Of a DNA stretch of 33,472 nucleotides, positions 26,581 to 33,472 are shown in pieces. Below the pieces are notes generated by a model, which was not told the origin of the DNA, searched no databases, and saw only the letters and a list, made by a program, of their open reading frames with translations. This stretch comes from Myxococcales bacterium (GTDB taxonomy: Bacteria; Myxococcota_A; UBA9042; JABWCM01; BTVJ01), in contig BTVJ01000083.1 of the NCBI GenBank assembly GCA_045863395.1, positions 1 to 33,472 on the forward strand, written 5' to 3'. Each line of letters opens with the position of its first letter. Position 1 is the stretch's first letter. A program made the position numbers and the translations under genes.

Positions 26581-27423
26581 ATGAGGACCGCCATCTCGCT
26601 ACTGTTCCTCTCTCTCGCGCTCGGGACGACCTCCGTCGCCTGCGCGCACTCCCGATCCAGCTACGACCTGGAGCTCCGCTGCGGCGGATCGGCCTGCCAG
26701 GAGGTCACCTGGCGTGGCAACCGCTGGGTGGTCGGGGACTGGGGCGACCGCTACACCATCGTCGTGCGCAACCGCACCGACCGCTGGACGGAGGCCGTGG
26801 TCACCGTCGACGGGCGCGACGTGCTCAACGGCTCGCGCGGCAGCACCTCGAACCGGGGCTACCTGGTCGAGCCCTACGGGCAGATCGAGATCGATGGGTG
26901 GCGCATCTCTACGCAGGAGGTCGCCGCCTTCCGGTTCACGTCGGTGGGCGACTCCTACGCGGGGCGGGTCGATGGCGGCCAGAACGCGGGCGTGGTCGGC
27001 GTCGCGCTGTTCCCCGAGGCGCGCCCCCGCCCCGTCGCGCGCAAGCCCGTGGCCCCCGTCCCGTGGCCGGAGCGCTACGGTTACGACAGCGCGCCCCGGG
27101 GGGGCGCCGAAGAGGCGGCGGAGGCGGCCCCCTCGGCCAGCGGCGACGCCAAGGCCTCGCGCCACTATGACGCGCCCCGCAGCCAGCAGAACCTGGGCAC
27201 CCAGTACGGCGAGCGGCGTTGGTCGGCCGTGACGGAGGTCGACTTCAAGCGCGGCTCATCGTCGCCTGCGGCGGTGCTGACCGTGCGCTACGATGACCGC
27301 AGCGGCCTCGCGTCCAAGGGTGTGTACGTCCCCCCTCGCTACGTGGAGCCGCCCTACGTGCCCTACACGCCGCCGCCCGAGCGCTTCGTTCCCCCCCCGC
27401 CCAACCCCTTCCCGACGTGGTAG
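26581..27423 (+). CDS. Exported hypothetical protein, possibly a lipoprotein, with a Pro-rich tail
   Basis: GGAGG SD and signal/VAC lipobox. Beta-rich core GDRYTIVVRN..EAVVTVDGRDV..RGYLV..IDGWR..VAAFRF..SYA..GVVGVALF, then LGTQYGE. Confidence 0.8.
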   Translation: MRTAISLLFLSLALGTTSVACAHSRSSYDLELRCGGSACQEVTWRGNRWVVGDWGDRYTIVVRNRTDRWTEAVVTVDGRDVLNGSRGSTSNRGYLVEPYGQIEIDGWRISTQEVAAFRFTSVGDSYAGRVDGGQNAGVVGVALFPEARPRPVARKPVAPVPWPERYGYDSAPRGGAEEAAEAAPSASGDAKASRHYDAPRSQQNLGTQYGERRWSAVTEVDFKRGSSSPAAVLTVRYDDRSGLASKGVYVPPRYVEPPYVPYTPPPERFVPPPPNPFPTW

Positions 27424-27594
27424 GCGCGCCCCCTGTCTGGGCTCCTCCTCCGGCATTTTCTCTGCGAAGGCGCCGCGACGTCCGTCTCCCCTTGATCGAT
27501 TCCGAAGTCGTTGGCTATAGTTGCGCCGCCGTTTCCGCCAGTCACACCCTGACGTCTGGCGATGCCCTGGCTCGGGATCCGGAGGACGTGTCCA

Positions 27595-28023
27595 ATGTTC
27601 AAGCGTATGGTCGCCTGTGTGAGCATCGTCGCTCTCTTCGGGCTGGGCTGCTACAACACCTACGAGGTCCCGCGGACGGAGTTCGAGAAGCTCCAGCAGG
27701 CGACGACGCAAGACCAGAGCTCGGTCGTCAAGTCCTCGGAGGGCGAGGGCGTCGAGGTCACGAAGGACACCGCGCTCTTCGTCCGCTCCAAGGGTGGCCG
27801 GCGCTACGCCGTCACGCCCTTCAACTTCAAGATGACGCCGACCCAGATGGTCGCGTCCGACCGGGACACGCTGCTGACCCTCGAAGAGATCGACACCTAT
27901 GAGGTGGACCACATCTCGGTGCTCAAGACCACCCTGCTCATCGTGGCGGGCGTGGGCGCCGCGGCCGGCCTCATCGTCTACACCGTCGCGACCGCCGGCG
28001 AGAAGAGCTTCGGCGGCAACTGA
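27595..28023 (+). CDS. Small lipoprotein with a C-terminal transmembrane segment
   Basis: GGAGG SD, MFKRMVACVSIVALFGLGC lipobox and hydrophobic C-terminus. Possible promoter TTGATC-N18-TATAGT at 27492-27521. Confidence 0.78.
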   Translation: MFKRMVACVSIVALFGLGCYNTYEVPRTEFEKLQQATTQDQSSVVKSSEGEGVEVTKDTALFVRSKGGRRYAVTPFNFKMTPTQMVASDRDTLLTLEEIDTYEVDHISVLKTTLLIVAGVGAAAGLIVYTVATAGEKSFGGN

Positions 28024-28062
28024 TCGCGTGCCTCCCTCCCCCTCGTCGTCGCCGCGGCCCTC

Positions 28063-31020
28063 ATGAGGAAGGGCGTCATCGTCGGCCTCGTGCTCCTGGG
28101 CCTGCTGCTGGGGGTCGGGACCGGGGTGTACCTGGGCCTGCCGACCCTGGCAGAGCGCTTCGCGGGGCGGGTCATCGGCAAGATCGCCACGCACTTCGGC
28201 CGTGAGCTGCGGGTCGGGGCCCTGCGCTTCCACCGCTGGGACCGCTTCGAGCTGGAGGACGTCGTCGTGCGTCGCCCGGGCGCCCCGGACAGCGAGCCGC
28301 CCCTCTTCGCATCCCCGCACATCGACGTGCGCTTCGATCCCGAGTCCGCCATCGGCGGCAAGGTGCGCCTGCTCCGCGTGGAGATCACCTCGCCCAGCGT
28401 GGGGCTCGTGCGCTACGCCGACGGCACCGACAGCTACGGCGACGTGGTGGAGCGCGTCCGACGGCTCCTGGCGCGGGAGCGGACCGGGCAGGGCGACGGG
28501 GATGGGCCCTTCAAGCACCTGGCGCGCGCGGTGCCCGAGATCGTCGTCAAGGGTGCCACGGCCACGGTGCGGGATCACACGGGCAAGCTGCCGCTCGGGG
28601 TCGAGGCGGTGGAGCTCACGGACGGCAGCTTTACGGCGCGGGACCTGTCCAAGGTGACCGACGAGATCCGCCTGGTGTTCTCGGGCCACATCGCCGTGCC
28701 GCTCATCGACAACGCCATCGGCTTCGAGGGCCACTACAACCACCCCGACAAGACCTACGACCTGGCAGTCGCCCTCGACCGGCGGCTCCAGTACGTCGTG
28801 GGGGGGCGCGACGTGTCGGCGGGGGGCCTGTCCTGGGACATGAGCGGCCGGCTCCAGCTCACGGACGTCCAGCTCGCGGCGGCGCCGGGCTCCCCGGAGG
28901 CGAAGGCGGGGAAGCCGGCCCTGCGGGTGAAGGCGGTGGACCTGACCCTCGCCGACCCGGCGCCTGGGGAGGTCTCGACCGGCGCACGGGGCCTGAAGGG
29001 CGCGGTCGGCAAGATGGTGCGGCGCATCCGCAAGGTCACGCTCATCGAGCCGGAGCTCTACCTGGCGCGGTACGCGGACAAGCGCACCAGCTTCAGCGAC
29101 CTGGCGGAGCAGCTCGTGGCGGCGCCCGTCGTCGGCACCGCGGTCAAGCCCGAGGACGAGGGGCGCGAGCAGCGAATCAAGAAGCGGGAGACGGAGCGGA
29201 GCTCGGCCCGGGAGCGCCGCGAGAAGGTGCCGGGCGAGGGCTTCCGGCTGGTGGTCTCCGGCGTCCTGGGCTCTCTGGAGGGCGGCTTCCGGCGGCTGTC
29301 GGACGCGGTCTTCATGGTCGGCTCGCGCATGCCCATCCCCGAGATCGCCATCCAGGGAGGCACGCTCCACTACAAGGACGCGCTGCTGTTCACGGGTGAC
29401 CACCAGCTCGATCTGCGCAACTTCGACATGACCGCCAAGCGCCTGCCGGGGGAGCCGGTGCTGGCCTTCGACGTGCGCTTCGAGACCGGGGGCAAGGCGC
29501 GGTCGTCGAATCAGCTCGCGGGGCGAATCCACCTGCAGACGCGCGACGTGCAGGTGGGGGTCACCCTCGACCGCCTGCCGCTGCTCCCCTACCGGGCCCT
29601 GTTCCCGAAGGCGCTGCCCATCGAAGAGGGCACGGTGCTCCACAAGACCCGGGTGCAGTTCGTCTACTCTCACGAGCGGGACGAGATGCAGGTGGAGGGG
29701 TCGGTCCGGCTGGAGGACCTCGGCTTCGCCCACAGGCTGGTGGCGAGCGAGCCGCTGACAGGGCTGGACCTCGGGGCGGACTTCACGGCGAGCATGGACT
29801 TCGCGAAGAGCGCGCTGAAGGTGGAGAAGTCCACCGTCTTGATCGGGGGCGTCCGCATGAGCGCCACGGGCACAGTGCAGTCCTACGACACCTACCCGAA
29901 CGTCGACGTGGCGGTGCGGATGCCGCGGACTCCGGTGCAGGTCATCGCCGACAGCCTGCCCACGGAGCTCGTCCCCATGCTGGAGGGGCTCAAGGCCAGC
30001 GGCTACCTGAGCTGGTCGCTGGACGCGAAGCTGGACACGAAGAACATCGCGACCATGGACTACACCTCCGATTACCGCCTCGAGGACTTCTTCGTGGTGG
30101 ACCTGGGGCGGCGGCTGAGCTTCGACCTGCTGCGGGGGCCCTTCATCCACCGGGTGCACGAGCCGGACGGGACCATCCGCGAGTTCATGACGGGGCCGGG
30201 GGCGCCCGGGTGGGTGCCGTATGGTCGCATCGCCCCCGAGATGACGCTGGTGATCACCACCACGGAGGATGGCAGCTTCTTCTCGCACAGCGGCTTCAGC
30301 ACCACGCAGATGAAGCAGTCGCTGATCACGAACATCCAGAAGGGCGGCTTCTACCGGGGGGCGAGCACCATCAGCCAGCAGCTCGTGAAGAACCTGTTCC
30401 TGAGCCGCGAGAAGACCATGAGCCGCAAGCTCCAGGAGCTGTTCATCACCTGGCAGATGGAGAAGGCCCTCACGAAGGAGGAGATCCTCGCCCTCTACTT
30501 CAACGTCATCGAGTTCGGGCCGGGCATCTACGGGATCGGCGCGGCGGCGAGGCACTACTTCGGGAAGAGCGCGGACGAGCTGAGCCTGCTCGACTGCGTG
30601 TTCCTGGCGAGCATCATCCCCAACCCAAAGAAGTACTACAAGCAGTTCGAGGGTGGGCAGGTCACCGAGAGCTGGCGCCAGAAGCTCGAGTACTACGCGC
30701 GCAAGATGGTGGAGCGGGGCAAGATCTCCGAGTACGACTTTGCCATGGCGCGGCCCTTCTCGCCCGTCTTCGCGGGGCAGCCGACGCCGCCCCGGCCCGC
30801 GCAGCTCATCGGGTCGAAGGGGCAGGTCCTCGACCCGGACCCCCACGGCGAGCGGCCGGGGGTGTTTGATCCCGACAACGACGAACCTGGCGACGATCCG
30901 GATGGCGAGCCCGACGACGAGGGGAGGCGCGACGAGCCGCCCGTCATCGAGTTTGCGCCGGCGCCCCGCGTGATGCCCACCAAGCCTCCGCTCCAGCCTC
31001 GCCTGCCCGGGGGCCCTTGA
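28063..31020 (+). CDS. Monofunctional GT51 peptidoglycan transglycosylase with a large AsmA-like N-terminal region
   Basis: N-terminal TM and ~700 aa beta-rich region. GT51 motifs EDGSFFSHSG, GASTISQQLVKNLFL, RKLQE and KEEILALYFNVIEFG. No transpeptidase domain. Confidence 0.88.
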   Translation: MRKGVIVGLVLLGLLLGVGTGVYLGLPTLAERFAGRVIGKIATHFGRELRVGALRFHRWDRFELEDVVVRRPGAPDSEPPLFASPHIDVRFDPESAIGGKVRLLRVEITSPSVGLVRYADGTDSYGDVVERVRRLLARERTGQGDGDGPFKHLARAVPEIVVKGATATVRDHTGKLPLGVEAVELTDGSFTARDLSKVTDEIRLVFSGHIAVPLIDNAIGFEGHYNHPDKTYDLAVALDRRLQYVVGGRDVSAGGLSWDMSGRLQLTDVQLAAAPGSPEAKAGKPALRVKAVDLTLADPAPGEVSTGARGLKGAVGKMVRRIRKVTLIEPELYLARYADKRTSFSDLAEQLVAAPVVGTAVKPEDEGREQRIKKRETERSSARERREKVPGEGFRLVVSGVLGSLEGGFRRLSDAVFMVGSRMPIPEIAIQGGTLHYKDALLFTGDHQLDLRNFDMTAKRLPGEPVLAFDVRFETGGKARSSNQLAGRIHLQTRDVQVGVTLDRLPLLPYRALFPKALPIEEGTVLHKTRVQFVYSHERDEMQVEGSVRLEDLGFAHRLVASEPLTGLDLGADFTASMDFAKSALKVEKSTVLIGGVRMSATGTVQSYDTYPNVDVAVRMPRTPVQVIADSLPTELVPMLEGLKASGYLSWSLDAKLDTKNIATMDYTSDYRLEDFFVVDLGRRLSFDLLRGPFIHRVHEPDGTIREFMTGPGAPGWVPYGRIAPEMTLVITTTEDGSFFSHSGFSTTQMKQSLITNIQKGGFYRGASTISQQLVKNLFLSREKTMSRKLQELFITWQMEKALTKEEILALYFNVIEFGPGIYGIGAAARHYFGKSADELSLLDCVFLASIIPNPKKYYKQFEGGQVTESWRQKLEYYARKMVERGKISEYDFAMARPFSPVFAGQPTPPRPAQLIGSKGQVLDPDPHGERPGVFDPDNDEPGDDPDGEPDDEGRRDEPPVIEFAPAPRVMPTKPPLQPRLPGGP

Positions 31021-31058
31021 TCCTGGCGGGCGCCCGCGATCAGGGCGTCGGCCGCGCT

Positions 31059-31087
31059 TTGCCGCCCGCCGGGGGGGCTGGTACGCT
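31059..31087 (+). promoter_or_regulatory. Putative sigma70-type promoter of the fibre gene
   Basis: TTGCCG-N17-TACGCT with a TG extended -10. Confidence 0.5.
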
Positions 31088-31130
31088 CCTTCCCGCTGGA
31101 CGCTCGCAAGCTCGCCTCAGAGGTGCACTC

Positions 31131-33239
31131 ATGAGGACCGCCCTCGCCCTCGTCGTTGCCCTGCTCGCCCTGCCCGCGGCCGCGCTCCCTGGGGTGAGGG
31201 TCCAGGGCGCCCTGTCCGCGTCGTCGGGGACCCCGGTGGACGGGACATTCACGCTGACCGCGCGGGTCTTTGCTGCTGAGACCGGCGGGTCACCCCTGCA
31301 CGCCCAGGTGTTCGATGGGGTGGCCGTGCAAGGGGGGCTGTTCGACGTGCTCCTCGCCGTGCCGCCGGGGCTGTTTCGGGTCAACGACCCCACGTGGCTG
31401 GAGGTGGCGGTGGACGCAGAGCCGCCCCTGCCGCGGCAGCGCGTTACGTCGGCGGCCTACGCGCTGCACGCCGAGTCTGCGGGCTCGGCGGAGCAGGCGA
31501 CGGTGGCGCTGGGCGTCGCCTGCAGCGGCTGCATAGGGGCGGGGGAGCTCTCCGCCGGGTCCGTGTCGTCGGGTCACGTCACCTTCAACTGGGCCGCGTC
31601 GGCGACCAAGGGGGGCGCGGCGGCAGACCTGGCGTGCTCCGGTTGTGTCGGCACGGCGGACATCGCGGACGGCGCCGTCGGGCACGCGCAGGTGAACATC
31701 CCCTACGCGGGGAGCACCGCGAAGAACGGTCCCGCCAGCAACCTCCAGTGTACGAAGTGCGTCTCGGGCAGCGAGGTGGACGACAACCCCACCTTCAACG
31801 GCGTCGTGAAGAGCACGGGCGGGCTCTCCGCGTGCTCGTCCAACACGACGGGCTGCGCCATAGACATCGGGTACGACGGGGGCATCTACGACCACAACAA
31901 CGGGTTCCTGACGCTCCAGACCACGCAGGGGCTGCGCGTGCGGAACATCGGCAACACCGCGTGGGCGCCGGTGGAGCTGGGGGCGCTCACGGTCAATGGG
32001 GCGACCTCCCTGGGCGGCGACGTGACGCTGGCGGAGGGGGCGAAGCTGCGGTTCGCGGCGACGGACAGCGACGTGGCGTGGCTCTCCGAGGCGACGGCCC
32101 CCAACGACAACCTCATCGACGTGCGGTTGACGCTGGGCGACGACAAGTCGGACCAGGAGCGCTTCTCCATCTACGCGGGCGCCCTGTGCTGCGGGCTCCA
32201 GGAGGAGTCCATGCACTGGTTCACCGCCGCAGGCAACGCCTTCCACAAGAGCAACCTGCAGGTGGGCGGTGGGGTGAGCGTCGGCGGGAGCGTCACGGTG
32301 ACCGGCGACCTGACCGTCAGCGGGAGCATCATCGGACAGGCGTCGCAGGACACGATCATCCCCCACGGCAAGAAGCTCCAGTTCGCGAGCCAGGACAACG
32401 ACTTCGGTTGGTTCGTCGAGGCGACGGGCCCCATGGACGACAAGTTCGACCTGCGGCTGGTGCTCTCCGACAACGGCTCGGACGACGAGCGCTTCAGCAT
32501 CTGGGCCGTCGCCCCCGGGGTCGACCGCTACGTGCACTGGTTCACGGCCGCCGGCAACGCGTACCATGCCGGCGGGCTGGGCGTGGACGGGAACGTCACC
32601 GTGGGCGGAGGGCTCAGGGTGGACGGGGCCGGGGAGCGGGTGCGGTTCACCAAGCGGCCCGTGGACCTCCTCGACTGGGGCGCTCTGGAGGTGGGGGCGA
32701 CCGGGACCTGGACTGCGGGCGAGATCAACGGGGTCATCGGCTTCCCGGGCTACGGCGTGCAGCACGGCCAGGTGGCGTTCGCGCCCGGGAGCGGCTTCTA
32801 CCTGTGCAACTCGTCATCCAAGACGCCCTCGGGCAACTACGGGCTGTGCTCGAGCCGCGTGAACCTGTACGCCGGGGCCGGCGACTTCAACGCCGGGCTG
32901 AAGGTCGCGGGGGACCTGGTGGGCGCCGCGCGGGAATCGGGGACGGGGAAGGCGCTGAAGATCTGCGCCGGCGGGACACCGAAGGGTAGCACTGCGTGGA
33001 TCCAGTACCCGGGGGGATCGGGGATCTATGTCTCGGTGCCCATGTCCTGCGGCTTCACCCAGCCGCCGTATGTGACCACGTCGCTGCACGGCGACACCAG
33101 CCACTGGACCACGACCGGCGGCTCCGAGCCCTACAACGTCACGGCGACGGGCTTCGGCGCGTACATCTACGGCATGGGCAGCCCGGCCAACGCCAACGCC
33201 TGGGGGTGGCGCATCCACTGGATCGCGGTGGGGGAGTGA
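31131..33239 (+). CDS. Secreted tail-fibre/adhesin-like protein with a C-terminal H-type-lectin-like domain
   Basis: Signal peptide and fibre-type N-domain (QGAL..GTPVDG...GGLFDVLL...WLEVAV..PLPRQ..SAAYALHA). Three CxxC repeats, a duplicated ~80-aa module, and a C-terminal GFTQPPYVTTSL...WIAVGE. Confidence 0.75.
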   Translation: MRTALALVVALLALPAAALPGVRVQGALSASSGTPVDGTFTLTARVFAAETGGSPLHAQVFDGVAVQGGLFDVLLAVPPGLFRVNDPTWLEVAVDAEPPLPRQRVTSAAYALHAESAGSAEQATVALGVACSGCIGAGELSAGSVSSGHVTFNWAASATKGGAAADLACSGCVGTADIADGAVGHAQVNIPYAGSTAKNGPASNLQCTKCVSGSEVDDNPTFNGVVKSTGGLSACSSNTTGCAIDIGYDGGIYDHNNGFLTLQTTQGLRVRNIGNTAWAPVELGALTVNGATSLGGDVTLAEGAKLRFAATDSDVAWLSEATAPNDNLIDVRLTLGDDKSDQERFSIYAGALCCGLQEESMHWFTAAGNAFHKSNLQVGGGVSVGGSVTVTGDLTVSGSIIGQASQDTIIPHGKKLQFASQDNDFGWFVEATGPMDDKFDLRLVLSDNGSDDERFSIWAVAPGVDRYVHWFTAAGNAYHAGGLGVDGNVTVGGGLRVDGAGERVRFTKRPVDLLDWGALEVGATGTWTAGEINGVIGFPGYGVQHGQVAFAPGSGFYLCNSSSKTPSGNYGLCSSRVNLYAGAGDFNAGLKVAGDLVGAARESGTGKALKICAGGTPKGSTAWIQYPGGSGIYVSVPMSCGFTQPPYVTTSLHGDTSHWTTTGGSEPYNVTATGFGAYIYGMGSPANANAWGWRIHWIAVGE

Positions 33240-33472
33240 TGACGCGCTGGTGGGTGGTGGCGCTCGTGGTCGCGGTGGGGTGCGCGTCGGCAGGAGGGCC
33301 TGCTCCGCTCCCTGCTTCGGACGTGGGGGACGTCCAAGGCGGCGACGCGCCCAGTGGGGGTGATGCGGCGCTGGTGGACGCCGGGAACCCGGAGGATGCC
33401 CCCCCGAGTGGGAGCGACGGTGGGGACTCCGGCGGTGGGGACTCCGGCGGTGGGGACTCCGGCGGTGGGGAC
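33239..33472 (+). CDS. Partial lipoprotein running off the window end
   Basis: TGATG overlap with the upstream stop. MTRWWVVALVVAVGC lipobox followed by an Asp/Gly-rich linker. Confidence 0.7.
   Translation, partial: MTRWWVVALVVAVGCASAGGPAPLPASDVGDVQGGDAPSGGDAALVDAGNPEDAPPSGSDGGDSGGGDSGGGDSGGGD
33419..33472 (+). repeat. 15-bp coding tandem repeat (GGTGGGGACTCCGGC, about 3.6 copies, encoding GGDSG)
   Basis: Exact copies at 33419, 33434 and 33449, plus a partial copy at 33464. Confidence 0.9.

Noticed and set aside
27525..27590. Hairpin CGCCAG...CTGGCG in the leader of the small lipoprotein as a riboswitch or ncRNA
   Set aside because: No recognisable riboswitch or tRNA consensus, and short GC-rich stems are expected by chance.
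27256..30846. 1196-aa minus-strand ORF and many other long overlapping ORFs (e.g. 20883-23501, 13859-15661, 18642-20858)
   Set aside because: Shadow ORFs of real genes. Stop codons are scarce in high-GC DNA, and these translations are Arg/Pro/Gly-rich with no motifs.
33419..33472. 15-bp tandem repeat as a possible CRISPR or phase-variation tract
   Set aside because: The unit is a multiple of three encoding a GGDSG linker, with no spacers. It is an ordinary coding VNTR.

Overview
High-GC bacterial DNA. The Cys-rich lipoproteins, Asp/Gly/Ala-rich linkers and a MYXO-CTERM-like tail suggest a Myxococcota/deltaproteobacterial predator-type genome (inference). About 28 genes are supportable. The core genes are mutS, ychF, an S9 peptidase, a rubrerythrin-like protein, a CotH kinase, a clan GH-A hydrolase, a GT-C membrane protein and a large GT51 transglycosylase. 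The best-supported hidden structure is a ~5 kb island (13821-18796) integrated in the last codons of ychF. Joining its two junctions rebuilds a textbook tyrosine-recombinase core site, CAAACAT-CGGTTCA-ATGTTTG. The island carries an HTH/DUF4258/YgiT-zinc-finger toxin-antitoxin-like trio, an integrase cut off by an 89-bp TGT...ACA mini-element, and a candidate defence module of one DNA methyltransferase (putative winged-helix N-terminus) plus two small related PD-(D/E)xK nucleases. Other notable items are a HEAT-repeat-PilT fusion coupled to a second, divergent PilT; an orphan Tae4-like amidase with an unusual N-terminal leader; a six-repeat protein that may form a 7_1 knot; an AsmA-like/GT51 fusion; a chimeric fibre protein; and an AT-rich REP-like palindrome at the left edge. 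No rRNA, tRNA or CRISPR array was seen. All family calls come from motifs read by eye, with no database searches.
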